From an uncultured cyanobacterium (lineage in GTDB: Bacteria; Cyanobacteriota; Cyanobacteriia; Pseudanabaenales; Pseudanabaenaceae), in assembly GCA_963703315.1 (NCBI GenBank), contig OY969811.1, forward strand, positions 3,328,001-3,392,000: DNA of 64,000 bases. The letters are read 5' to 3'. Both the position numbers and the translations under genes were made by a program. Below the pieces are notes generated by a model. That model worked only from the letters and a program-made list of their open reading frames with translations, was not told where the DNA came from and made no database searches. Of this stretch, positions 22,376 to 32,377 are shown one piece after another (positions within the stretch are counted from its first letter, which is position 1; every line of letters starts with the position of its first letter).

Positions 22376-22438
22376 GGATCGATTTAGCCGAAAACTTAAC
22401 TGTAATTCTTTCTGCTAAATCTTCTCACAATGTCGGAG

Positions 22439-24364
22439 CTATGTAATAACGTTGTAAGCGATCGCCCGATTACGCCCCTGAGCTTTTGCTTCATAGAGAG
22501 CTTTGTCTGCGTAGGAAATTAGAATTTCTGAACTTTGCTCTAGAGTAGGAATCAGACTCACAACGCCCATACTTAGAGTAACGCGATCGCTTACATCCGA
22601 ATTTTGATGGGAAATGTCGATGGCAGCGATTGTCTCTTGGATAATATTCGCTAATTTTAGCGCTCCATCGGTCTTTGTATTGCTCAAAATCACTGCAAAC
22701 TCTTCACCACCATATCTTGTTACTAAATCAGTTGGGCGTTGGGGAACTTGGGAGATCGCTTGGGCAACACGTATTAAACAATCATCCCCACCTTGATGTC
22801 CGTAACTATCGTTATAGCGTTTGAAATAATCTATATCAATCAAGATTAACGCGAGAGGATTTTGTTCGCGTTGATGTCGTTGCCATTCTAGCGCTAGGTA
22901 ATCATCAAAGCGGCGACGATTAGCGATTTGGGTTAAACCATCCAAATTCGCAAGCAGTTCCAATTGACGATTGGCAAGCACTAGCTCGGCAGTGCGCTCT
23001 TCTACACGATGTTCTAATGTCTCAAAGGACATTTGCAAATCTGTCGCCATTTGATTAAAAGAGTCTGATAAGGTTGCTAACTCTGTAATATCTTGAAATC
23101 CTAAAAAGTCTGGTTTGAGTGCAGATTTTTGCCATTCTTGCTGGGCTAAAGTTTGACTTGCTTGACTTAATTTCTGGATTGGTTGGGTAATTCGACGCGC
23201 AGTCAAAACACCAATTCCAATAGCGATCGCTAAGGTGAAGCTACATAAGATAATTGTCCACTGAGTATTTGCCTGAATTTCTGCCATAAAATCCGATTCA
23301 GGAATGATCACAACTGTTAACCAGTCCAAATCTACTTGATCTTGAAATGGAGAAACTTGAATAAAATATTTCTTGTTATCAATAACGAAACTAATATTTT
23401 GGCTATTTTTAACTTGGTGAAAATCAGTAAAATAATTTTTTAAATAAATAGCGACTTTTTGAAACAATAAGTTATTGCTATTAAGAATATTTAAACGCTC
23501 TAGCTTAGTGAGCTTATTATCCAAGTTTTGCTTAGTATTAGTTACAGGTAATTTTGGAGTCCAAAGATTTTCATTGGTGGAGCTATCAATTAGTAATCCT
23601 TCTCGATTTATAATAAAAGCTTGACCAGTTTTGCCAATTTTTAGACTTTTTAAAAAATCTCCAAGTTGTGTTAAAGATACGGACGAACCAACAATTCCTT
23701 GAAAGACATTATTACGATCATAAAAAGGCATAAAATTTAAAGCGACAAAGGGAGATTTGTCAGTCTTAATGCGTTCAACATTAAGGATCCAAACTAAACG
23801 ATTTTCTTTTTTTACTTTTTCATACCAAGGGGCTTTAGGTGGATATTTATGGGTATCAAATTTATTGGAACTTCTAATCAGTTTAAGTCTGTTTCCTTGA
23901 TTGTCAACAATGTAACTATTGAAGAAGTAGTTAGTTGATTGATCTCTAATACTAAGTGTCTGAGAATCATCATCATTTTTTTGTAAAATTAAAAGTTCTT
24001 TTTGTTCATTAATAATACCTAAAGAACCAATCCCCTCAAATGTTTGTATTTGTTGCCGAAAGTACTGCTCTAAACTAGCAAAATCTTGCCAAGGAATAAT
24101 GCCAAGTTTAATGGCATTAGCATTGTTTTGGATTACTTCTGTGGGTTTACGAAAGTAATTTTTTAGATTTTCATGAATGCGTTTACCAACCTCAGTCATC
24201 AGAGATTCAGAAATATTTTCTACTGCTTTTTGACCACTATGATAAGAAAGATAACCAACTAAACTCACCGCACCAGCAATTTGTAAGACAAAGGGAATAA
24301 TTAATAATAATTTAAGGGAGATTTGGCGAGGCTTTTTGAATTTTATGGTGCGATCGCTATTCAT
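22439..24364 (-). CDS. Membrane diguanylate cyclase (Cache-HAMP-GGDEF)
   Basis: Two TM helices around a periplasmic domain, HAMP, DGLTQIANRR, RPTD I-site, RYGGEEF. Confidence 0.92.
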   Translation of the reverse strand: MNSDRTIKFKKPRQISLKLLLIIPFVLQIAGAVSLVGYLSYHSGQKAVENISESLMTEVGKRIHENLKNYFRKPTEVIQNNANAIKLGIIPWQDFASLEQYFRQQIQTFEGIGSLGIINEQKELLILQKNDDDSQTLSIRDQSTNYFFNSYIVDNQGNRLKLIRSSNKFDTHKYPPKAPWYEKVKKENRLVWILNVERIKTDKSPFVALNFMPFYDRNNVFQGIVGSSVSLTQLGDFLKSLKIGKTGQAFIINREGLLIDSSTNENLWTPKLPVTNTKQNLDNKLTKLERLNILNSNNLLFQKVAIYLKNYFTDFHQVKNSQNISFVIDNKKYFIQVSPFQDQVDLDWLTVVIIPESDFMAEIQANTQWTIILCSFTLAIAIGIGVLTARRITQPIQKLSQASQTLAQQEWQKSALKPDFLGFQDITELATLSDSFNQMATDLQMSFETLEHRVEERTAELVLANRQLELLANLDGLTQIANRRRFDDYLALEWQRHQREQNPLALILIDIDYFKRYNDSYGHQGGDDCLIRVAQAISQVPQRPTDLVTRYGGEEFAVILSNTKTDGALKLANIIQETIAAIDISHQNSDVSDRVTLSMGVVSLIPTLEQSSEILISYADKALYEAKAQGRNRAIAYNVIT

Positions 24365-24561
24365 TTATTCTAATTCTTCTATTAGATTAATAATATATCT
24401 AAATAGCGGTAAATCTCCATTTTATTGTCTTCCCAAAATCTTAGAGTATGAATAATATGAGAGTTGACTTTCTACTTTTGTATTGGTGTAACTAGTTTCT
24501 AGATTTTAAATTTATAGTAAGCTAAACTTTATCGATATAAACAACCAACAACTTAAGTTCA

Positions 24562-25083
24562 ATGAAAAAACTCAAGTTAAAACCTCTTAGCTTTTCTAGC
24601 TTGATATTATTTGTATGTATGAGTTTATCTCCATGTATAGCGATCGCCAATACTGAAAATACTCAAAATGCACCTACATCAATTCCTGTCCCCATAAAAT
24701 CCAAGAAACAATTAGCTAGAGAAGTTCTAGTCGAGCTAGGCATCGGCAAACAGTATGACTTACATATCTGGAATAGTGTTTATATTGCAGTCAATCGAGA
24801 GGTGAAAAAAGAATTTAAGGTTTGGCTTCAGCAGACTATGGTTCGGTTTGCAGGATGGAAATATGTTGAGTCTCAGTATGTGACACGTTTAGCAACCAAC
24901 TTTTCAGAAGAGGAACTACAAGAGCTTTTATCTCTAGCAAAGAAACCATTGATGAAAAAGTTATTGCGAGCAAAAATCGAAGCCTATGAAGATACTGGTG
25001 AAAAAAGAGATGGATTGCTTTGGCAATTCTGGGAAGACTACAATGACGGAAAGATTGGTATACCTCCCAATTTGTTGAATTAG
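24562..25083 (+). CDS. Secreted hypothetical protein (DUF2059-like helical motif)
   Basis: Signal peptide; NFSEEELQELL..KKPLMKKL. Confidence 0.55.
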   Translation: MKKLKLKPLSFSSLILFVCMSLSPCIAIANTENTQNAPTSIPVPIKSKKQLAREVLVELGIGKQYDLHIWNSVYIAVNREVKKEFKVWLQQTMVRFAGWKYVESQYVTRLATNFSEEELQELLSLAKKPLMKKLLRAKIEAYEDTGEKRDGLLWQFWEDYNDGKIGIPPNLLN

Positions 25084-25096
25084 TTGTGTAAAATTT

Positions 25097-25495
25097 ATGT
25101 CTCTACTAACTGATCATCCCTCAAATACTAATATCTTAGGTGGCTGTCACTGTGGAGCCGTTCGCTTTCGGGTAAAGGTGAGAAAGTATGAAGCGATCGC
25201 CTGTAACTGCTCGATTTGTCAAAAGAAGGGCATTTTGCATTTAATTGTTCCTCCTGAAGACTTTGAGCTATTGCAAGGTAAAGAGAATCTAACCAATTAC
25301 ACTTTTAATACGGGCATTGCCAAGCATTATTTTTGTAAAACCTGCGGTATTCATCCCTTTTATCGTCCGCGATCGCATCCTGATGATTACGATGTAAATG
25401 TGCGCTGTCTAGATGGTGAGGCGATGGAGAAATTTGCGATCGTGCCGTTTGATGGCAAACATTGGGAAGATAATGTGCAGCAGATTACTTCATAA
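25097..25495 (+). CDS. GFA / CENP-V family Zn protein
   Basis: GGCHCGAVRF, CNCSIC, HYFCKTCG. Confidence 0.92.
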   Translation: MSLLTDHPSNTNILGGCHCGAVRFRVKVRKYEAIACNCSICQKKGILHLIVPPEDFELLQGKENLTNYTFNTGIAKHYFCKTCGIHPFYRPRSHPDDYDVNVRCLDGEAMEKFAIVPFDGKHWEDNVQQITS

Positions 25496-25535
25496 CAAAA
25501 AAGCCTCGCAATGCGAGGCTTTTTTGTTATCGGAC

Positions 25536-25889
25536 TTAGCTACAAGCTACGGGTGCGCCAATTTCTTTGGGAGTCGCGAAAGAAGTACCACAACTACAAG
25601 ACTTACTAGCATTAGGATTGCGGAAACGGAAGCCGCCGCCTAATAGGTCTTCGGTGTAGTCGAGTTCTAGTCCTTGCAACTGAGGCAAGTTGCTGTTATT
25701 GATCACAATTTTTACGCCATTGTATTCGTACTCGTTGTCATCAGCTTCGAGTTGATCAACAAAGTCCATTAAATAGGACAAGCCAGAACAACCACCTTGT
25801 TTGATGCCTAGACGCAAAGGTGCAGAAGTTGCACGTTGGGTTTGGAGATTTCTTACGCGAGCGATCGCTGCGTCGGTCAATGTAATCAT
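25536..25889 (-). CDS. iscA: Iron-sulfur cluster assembly accessory protein (HesB/IscA)
   Basis: GGCSGLSY, GGFRFRNPNA..SCSCGTSF. Confidence 0.9.
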   Translation of the reverse strand: MITLTDAAIARVRNLQTQRATSAPLRLGIKQGGCSGLSYLMDFVDQLEADDNEYEYNGVKIVINNSNLPQLQGLELDYTEDLLGGGFRFRNPNASKSCSCGTSFATPKEIGAPVACS

Positions 25890-25929
25890 ACGAAATTTTC
25901 CTATATTAAAAAACGTGCTAAGGGCAATA

Positions 25930-26142
25930 TTAGTCTTCTAGTAAGACAAGCGCAATACTGGCTAGAGAAACATTGGTATAGCCTGCAACTTTGACAGCTT
26001 TATAAAATGGTTTGGTGAGAGGACATTTATGGACACCAAATAAACGCACACCTTGATCGAGTAGTAGCCCAGTTTTGAAATGAAAATTACGGTGTAGTTT
26101 GACAGCTTTAGCAAGACTTGATTTGGCTTTACAGCAAACCAT
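25930..26142 (-). CDS. Small basic hypothetical protein (70 aa) upstream of iscA
   Basis: GGAG RBS 7 nt before the ATG at 26142; MVCCKAKSSLAKAVK...ALVLLED; no family recognised. Confidence 0.5.
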   Translation of the reverse strand: MVCCKAKSSLAKAVKLHRNFHFKTGLLLDQGVRLFGVHKCPLTKPFYKAVKVAGYTNVSLASIALVLLED

Positions 26143-26224
26143 AATTTTTCTCCGATAATTGAACAACTTACTCTATGTTAACGCTAGTTCAGGTGAAAAT
26201 GGGATGTACTGTGCTTTGTACAAT

Positions 26225-26326
26225 AAGTAGCTAGACGTAATTAAATATAAAACCCCAAAACCTGTGGCGCACGCTGCGCGTGCGCCACAGGTTTTGGCTC
26301 TGGTTTTTAATTGTACCCAGCTACTT
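26225..26326. repeat. 102-bp palindromic element (AAGTAGCT-ended type), second copy
   Basis: Same ends and same length as 3276-3377, but a different inner hairpin (CCAAAACCTGTGGCGCACGC-TGC-GCGTGCGCCACAGGTTTTGG). Confidence 0.8.
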
Positions 26327-26373
26327 ACAACATTATATTTGCCCTTATATTTGCCCTTAATATTCGCGAAATT

Positions 26374-27552
26374 ATGCAATTTGCCGATCGCCTTCAGCCA
26401 TTACAGTCCAATGTATTTGCCGATATGGACATTGCTAAAAGTCGAGTCAAAGCCGCAGGAATGTCGGTGATCGATTTGTCGCTTGGTTCCTCGGACTTAC
26501 CTACCGATGCGTTCATCTTGGAGGCGATCGCCACAGCATTAAACGATCCGACGACTCATGGATATTCGCTATTTGGTAGCACCCTTGATTTTCGTGAGGC
26601 AGTGGCAGCGTGGATACAGCAAAGGTTGGGTGTAGCTGTTGATCCTGAGACAGAAGTATTACCGCTGATTGGTTCGCAAGAAGGAACTGCCCATTTACCG
26701 CTTGCTTTGCTGAATCCCAATGATTTTGCACTCTTGCAAGACCCCGGGTATCCATCGCACTATGGTGGCATTCATCTCGCCAGTGGTCAGGTCTATGGAA
26801 TGCCTTTATTGGCTGAAAACAACTTTTTGCCAGTATTTGCTGACATTCCTGCGACAGTGTTGGCAAAGTCCAAAATGATGGTATTGAGCTATCCCCATAA
26901 CCCTACTGCGGCTACGGCAACTTTAGAGTTTTTCCAATCTGCTGTCGAATTTTGTCAACAGCATCATCTGGCATTAGTTCACGATTTTCCCTATATCGAT
27001 CTCGTCTTTGATGGTTCTACGCCACCTTCGATGTTGCAAGCCGATCGCGATCGCCATGTCACTATCGAATTTTTCACGATGTCCAAGTCCTATAACATGG
27101 GTGGATTTCGGGTTGGGTTTGCGGTAGGGAATCGCGAATTAATTAAGGCATTGCGTCAAGTTAAAGCCGTTGTCGATTTCAATCAATATCAGGGAATTAT
27201 GCGGGGGGCAATCAAAGCTCTATCAGGCGATCGCGCACCAATTGATCGCGTGGTTGCCACATTTAAAGAACGCCGCGATGTGATGCTCGAATCCCTGAAA
27301 GCGATCGGCTGGGAAATTCCGAAGCCCGAAGCCACAATGTATCTTTGGGCAAAGTTACCCGATCAATACGCCCATGATTCGGTCAAATTTTGTCTTGATT
27401 TGATTGATGCCACTGGGGTCGCCTTATCCCCCGGCAAAGGTTTTGGTAAACATGGTGAAGGCTATGTGCGCTTTGCCTTGGTATATCCCCCTGAAATTTT
27501 GCGAGAAGCGGCGCTAAAAATTGGCAAATTTTTGAACTATAGCTGTCGCTAA
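26374..27552 (+). CDS. PLP-dependent class I/II aminotransferase (LL-DAP aminotransferase-like)
   Basis: IGSQEG, DPGYP, YPHNPT, HDFPY, SKSYNMGGFRVG; start re-set to MQFADRL because the longer ORF begins inside the repeat. Confidence 0.9.
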   Translation: MQFADRLQPLQSNVFADMDIAKSRVKAAGMSVIDLSLGSSDLPTDAFILEAIATALNDPTTHGYSLFGSTLDFREAVAAWIQQRLGVAVDPETEVLPLIGSQEGTAHLPLALLNPNDFALLQDPGYPSHYGGIHLASGQVYGMPLLAENNFLPVFADIPATVLAKSKMMVLSYPHNPTAATATLEFFQSAVEFCQQHHLALVHDFPYIDLVFDGSTPPSMLQADRDRHVTIEFFTMSKSYNMGGFRVGFAVGNRELIKALRQVKAVVDFNQYQGIMRGAIKALSGDRAPIDRVVATFKERRDVMLESLKAIGWEIPKPEATMYLWAKLPDQYAHDSVKFCLDLIDATGVALSPGKGFGKHGEGYVRFALVYPPEILREAALKIGKFLNYSCR

Positions 27553-27675
27553 CCAGAAGCGAGTTGCGGCGCAAAGCTCCGCAACTCGCTTCAAGACTAG
27601 AGCTTGTGTCGCCCGCTTAGCAGGCGACACAAGCTCTGGTCTTGGTTTAATAAAAAAACTAGAAAAATATAATTC

Positions 27676-28839
27676 ATGCTCCAGATTTCTAAGTTACGCA
27701 TCGCTTTAATGACTTACTCCACTAAGCCTAGAGGTAGCGTCATCCATACCTTAGAGTTAGCATCAGCCTTGCAAGCTTTAGGGCATCAGGTTTGTATTTT
27801 TGCTTTGGATAAAGATGGGTCGGGATTTGAACAACATTTATCTTGTGACTTTCAACTTATCCCTGCTCAACCTGCACCTCAAGAGATTGATTTATTGATT
27901 AAGCAACGGATTCAAGAATTTGTGGATTATTTAAGCGATCATTCGCAAAATTCACGGCTAGATTATGACATTTACCATGCTCAAGACTGCATCAGTGCCA
28001 ATGCTCTAGCAATTTTGAGATCGCAGCAAATCATTCCTCACTTTATCCGCACGATTCATCATATCGAAGATTACAATAGCCCCTATTTACAAAACTGTCA
28101 GGATCGCTCCATTCGTGAGGCATCACTATGTCTATGTGTAAGTGACAGTTGGCAAGAGCAGATTCAAAATCATTATCAAATCCATGCACCGCGAGTAATT
28201 AATGGGATTAATATCAGTCGTTTTTCCAATCAAAAAGATGGTTCTGAAGACTCTTTAAAACAGCATTTTGGGCTGACAGGTTCACCAATTTATCTCACAG
28301 TTGGTGGTATCGAACCTCGCAAAAATTCCATCAATCTTTTAAAAGCATTTTCCCAAGTATTGATTGATTTTCCCCATGCTCAATTAGCGATCGCAGGAGG
28401 TTCCACTCTCTTTGATTATCAAGATTATCGTCAGCAATTTTTAGATGCTGCTCAAGAGTTAGGAATTGAGATTGGCAAATCCCTAGTGATTACAGGCATC
28501 CTCACCGATGCGGAATTACAGACGATTTATCGTTGTGCTGATGTGTTTGTATTCCCATCAATTAAAGAAGGTTGGGGACTGGTGATTTTTGAAGCGATCG
28601 CTTCAGGGTTACCGATTATGACTGCGAATACCTTGCCATTTACGGAGTTCTTAACAACTTCACAAGCCTTATTGGTCAATCCCCATAATATTGAGGCGAT
28701 CGCCCAAGCCATGCGATCGCTGAATGATCCTAATCTCGCTAATTCCTTAATCCAATCAAGTCAGAGTATTCTATCTAATTACTCATGGGAGCGATCGGCA
28801 AAAATGCACCTCACCGCATATCAAAAACTTCTTTCTTGA
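27676..28839 (+). CDS. GT4 glycosyltransferase, MSMEG_0565 family
   Basis: LRIALMTYSTKPRGSVIHTLELA, HAQDCISANAL, GGIEPRKN, EGWGLVIFEA. Confidence 0.8.
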   Translation: MLQISKLRIALMTYSTKPRGSVIHTLELASALQALGHQVCIFALDKDGSGFEQHLSCDFQLIPAQPAPQEIDLLIKQRIQEFVDYLSDHSQNSRLDYDIYHAQDCISANALAILRSQQIIPHFIRTIHHIEDYNSPYLQNCQDRSIREASLCLCVSDSWQEQIQNHYQIHAPRVINGINISRFSNQKDGSEDSLKQHFGLTGSPIYLTVGGIEPRKNSINLLKAFSQVLIDFPHAQLAIAGGSTLFDYQDYRQQFLDAAQELGIEIGKSLVITGILTDAELQTIYRCADVFVFPSIKEGWGLVIFEAIASGLPIMTANTLPFTEFLTTSQALLVNPHNIEAIAQAMRSLNDPNLANSLIQSSQSILSNYSWERSAKMHLTAYQKLLS

Positions 28840-29063
28840 TTTTTTAAAAAGTAGTGGCAATGTATAGAGGATTGTTTCCCCGCCTTCGGCGAAACAATCT
28901 TGCCAGACTATGAAACGCTATAATGTAATCATATATAGTAAGTACATACACTGTAATCACTTGTTTTTGCATAGGAATAATTGCTTAAGCTTCCGTAATT
29001 GCGAATTGTCGTGTTGATCGCAGTGTCAATAGCAAGAGCAAAATAAATAACGGGAGGAAAGTT

Positions 29064-30728
29064 ATGCGATCGCAATGGCTATCAGAATTTCCACTTTCAG
29101 CGCAGGATCAGAAACGTCTGAAGGACTTTGAGCAAAATATTCAAAAGGAAGCAGAACTTTTTTTAGGATATCCCTGTAATGCCGTATTCGACTATTCGGC
29201 ACTTTACCAATTTTTAAAATATCCTCTCAATAACGTGGGTGATCCATACCTACCCAGCAATTACCATCTCAATACCCATGACTTTGAATGCGAAGTGATG
29301 GAAATCTTTGAGAAGTTGACTCAAGCACCTGAAGGCTCAACTTGGGGCTATGTCACCAATGGCGGCACTGAGGGGAATCATTATGGGATGTTTCTTGCCC
29401 GTGAACTTCTCCCCAATGGCATTGTCTATTATTCACAGGATGCTCACTATTCCATTGATAAAATTTTGCGATGCTTGAATCTACATAGCATCATGATTCG
29501 CAGTCAGCCCGATGGCACAATGGATTTAGATGATCTACGGGAAACTCTTCGCATTCATCGTGATGTACCACCGATTATTTGCGCCACCATTGGCACAACG
29601 ATGAAAGGAGCCGTTGATGATATTGCAGGTATTCAGACCATTTTTCATGAACTTGCCATCCATCGTCATTATCTCCATGTGGATGCAGCTTTAGGAGGAA
29701 TGATTCTGCCTTTTTTGGACAATCCACCTGCTTGGAACTTTAGCTCTGGCATTGACAGTATCTCGATTAGTGGACATAAGATGGTGGGTTCACCGATTCC
29801 CTGTGGCATTGTCTTAGCGAAGAAAAAGAATGTCGATCGCATTGCTCAAAGTGTGGAATATATCGGTACACTCGATACCACCTTAAGCGGTTCTCGTAAT
29901 GCCTTTGCACCTCTTTTCCTTTGGTATGCCATGCACACAGTTGGTATCAATGGATTTAAAGGCATCATTCAGTCTTGCCTCAAGGTGGCAGACTATGCAG
30001 TTCAGAAACTCAATGAGTTAGGTCGTCATGCTTGGCGACATCCCTATGCCAACACGGTAGTATTCGATCGCCCTGCGATGTCGGTCACTCAACATTGGCA
30101 ATTAGCTTGTCAGGGCAATATCTCCCACCTGATTACGATGCCCCATGTTACCAATGAGCATATTGATCGCTTAGTTGCCGATATTATCGCGGTCGAGCCG
30201 ATTCTGCCTCTAGCTTGTGAAGCTTTTGCTGCCTGTGAAACTACTAATGGCAATAGCGATCGCGAAATCATCTTATTGGGTAGACAAGATCCCAATCTGC
30301 TCGGTGATGTGGCAACGGCGCTAGCATCGGCGGGTATTTCCATTGAAGGGCTGACTGCGGTTAAGGTCGAGGAGGGGAATGTGGTTAAACTCAGTGTGAA
30401 TGATCGCGATCGCGCGTTGAAGATTTTGAATCAGACTCTCGATATCGGTCGTTGCTATGGACAATCTCGTTCCCTTGATACCCATGCAGCATCGCAGATC
30501 CTTAGTCAAATTGATTATCAAGCGGTCAGTGGTGATGCGTTACTCATCGAACTAGATGATAGTGCAGGAACGCTTGCCTTATTAATGAAACAATGCCGCG
30601 AGCAAGAAATCTCGATCCGCAGTGTGCGGTTACTATGGCGAGGCAAACACAAAGCCGTAGTGGAGCTAGCTTCTTCTGAACCTGACAAGTTGAAGTTATT
30701 GCTAGGCGATCGCGTTTTAATTCCTTAA
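29064..30728 (+). CDS. Group II PLP-dependent (histidine/serine-type) decarboxylase with C-terminal ACT-like extension
   Basis: FLGYP, NNVGDP, TNGGTEGN, HVDAA, SISGHK (PLP Lys), GSRN; about 160 extra C-terminal residues with ACT-like patterns. Confidence 0.85.
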   Translation: MRSQWLSEFPLSAQDQKRLKDFEQNIQKEAELFLGYPCNAVFDYSALYQFLKYPLNNVGDPYLPSNYHLNTHDFECEVMEIFEKLTQAPEGSTWGYVTNGGTEGNHYGMFLARELLPNGIVYYSQDAHYSIDKILRCLNLHSIMIRSQPDGTMDLDDLRETLRIHRDVPPIICATIGTTMKGAVDDIAGIQTIFHELAIHRHYLHVDAALGGMILPFLDNPPAWNFSSGIDSISISGHKMVGSPIPCGIVLAKKKNVDRIAQSVEYIGTLDTTLSGSRNAFAPLFLWYAMHTVGINGFKGIIQSCLKVADYAVQKLNELGRHAWRHPYANTVVFDRPAMSVTQHWQLACQGNISHLITMPHVTNEHIDRLVADIIAVEPILPLACEAFAACETTNGNSDREIILLGRQDPNLLGDVATALASAGISIEGLTAVKVEEGNVVKLSVNDRDRALKILNQTLDIGRCYGQSRSLDTHAASQILSQIDYQAVSGDALLIELDDSAGTLALLMKQCREQEISIRSVRLLWRGKHKAVVELASSEPDKLKLLLGDRVLIP

Positions 30729-30797
30729 AAGGATTTTATAGCTGTCTGTCGCCAGTACAAAAACAAATCACTGAATGGCGGCGCGAAGCGCCGCCAT

Positions 30798-32288
30798 TCA
30801 GTGATTTGGTATATTCAGATAATGACATATCGGCAGCAGATCTAGATGCGCTTCTAATAGATCTGCCATCTTGTTATATAGATTCTGTTGATGATCTTGC
30901 CAAGATAGAGCAGAAGTTTGATGTTCAGAAATATTGGCTAATTGAGTTAAAGCTTTTCGGGCATTCGCAGACTCAAATAGACCATGTAAATAACTACCCC
31001 ACACCCGATCGCCTTTGATGCCTTCATCATAGATTTCGCGATCGCCTTGCACTCTCAGCAAAGGTTGGATAGAAGTAGATGAATTTGCATCAATTAAGTT
31101 CGTAACTCCCATGTGGATTTCGTAGGTCATCCATTGATCGATCGCTTGCTCTGTTTGCCAGATTGCCTGCACTTGACGAACCTGTTTAGTCGCCACAAAT
31201 TCTGTGCTAATGGGCAGCAGTCCCAATCCTGCCACTTCTCCTGACGTGCCAGCAAGTCCATCGCGATCGCCCAGATATTTACCTAGCATCTGATAGCCGC
31301 CACAGATACCAACAATGGGAATACCGCGATGATGAGCTTCCAGAATTGCCTGATCTAAGCCCGTAGTTCGCAACCATTGCAAATCGCTAAGAGTATTTTT
31401 ACTCCCTGGTAAGATAATGATTCGTGCCTCCCTAAGTTCTACAACTGTCTGCACCCAAATAGTTTCTATACCTGTATCCAATTGCCAAGGCTGACTATCT
31501 TGAGAATTAGATAAATGGGGAAACCGAATCCATGCAATCTTTGCGCCGTTCCCTTTCGCTTCAGCTTCACTACATAAACTATCTTCGCTCTCAGGTTGCA
31601 AATCTGATTGATAGGGTAGTACTCCTAAATAGGGAAGCTGAGGCATATATTTGCGAAAGTGAGTTTCCGCATCATTAAATAGTCGTAAATCACCACGAAA
31701 TTTATTGACAATAAATCCTAAGCCTAACTCCTTCGCAGGTTCAGGAATAAGATGATGCGTACCAATGATTTGCGCGAATACGCCTCCCTTCTCAATATCA
31801 CCAACTAATAGCCATCTTCCTTGTAAATGCACGATTGGACGTAAGTTGACGAGATCGCGCTGCATCAAGTTGAGTTCTACGGGACTACCTGCACCTTCGA
31901 GAAGCAGAACATCACAGCGATCGCGCCAAAATTCGAGAGTATCGCGCACAGTTTCCCAGAGGGTTTCGATATGTTGATAGTAGTCAATCGCTGCAATATG
32001 TTGACGGGCTTCTCCTAATAAAACTAATTGCGAAGTTCCATTGCCTGATGGTTTTAATAGAATTGGATTCATTTCGACAATAGGACGCATCCCGCAGGCG
32101 ATCGCTTGGACTGCTTGCGCTCGACCTATTTCTCCTCCCTCTAAGGTCACGTAGGAGTTATTCGACATATTTTGAGCTTTAAAGGGAGCAACCTTTACCC
32201 CGTTGCGTCTCAGCCATGCACCCAATGCTGTCACCATCCAGCTTTTACCAGCATTAGATGAGGTTCCTAAAACAGAGATGGCTTTCAT
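30798..32288 (-). CDS. cobQ: Cobyric acid synthase
   Basis: GTSSNAGKS, PFKAQNMS, EGAGSPVE, GICGGYQMLG, YLHG. Confidence 0.95.
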   Translation of the reverse strand: MKAISVLGTSSNAGKSWMVTALGAWLRRNGVKVAPFKAQNMSNNSYVTLEGGEIGRAQAVQAIACGMRPIVEMNPILLKPSGNGTSQLVLLGEARQHIAAIDYYQHIETLWETVRDTLEFWRDRCDVLLLEGAGSPVELNLMQRDLVNLRPIVHLQGRWLLVGDIEKGGVFAQIIGTHHLIPEPAKELGLGFIVNKFRGDLRLFNDAETHFRKYMPQLPYLGVLPYQSDLQPESEDSLCSEAEAKGNGAKIAWIRFPHLSNSQDSQPWQLDTGIETIWVQTVVELREARIIILPGSKNTLSDLQWLRTTGLDQAILEAHHRGIPIVGICGGYQMLGKYLGDRDGLAGTSGEVAGLGLLPISTEFVATKQVRQVQAIWQTEQAIDQWMTYEIHMGVTNLIDANSSTSIQPLLRVQGDREIYDEGIKGDRVWGSYLHGLFESANARKALTQLANISEHQTSALSWQDHQQNLYNKMADLLEAHLDLLPICHYLNIPNH

Positions 32289-32377
32289 AGGTGATAAGTT
32301 AATAAAGGACTAATTTTTGTGGCGCGGCAAAGCCGCGCCACAAAAATTAGTCCTTTATTTTACTGCGTGTCTCTTCC

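Noticed and set aside
26333..26356. 12-bp tandem duplication TTATATTTGCCC upstream of the aminotransferase
   Set aside because: Only two copies; no evidence of function beyond a local duplication
28920..28965. GTA/TAC-rich stretch upstream of the decarboxylase as an NtcA box
   Set aside because: No exact GTA-N8-TAC found
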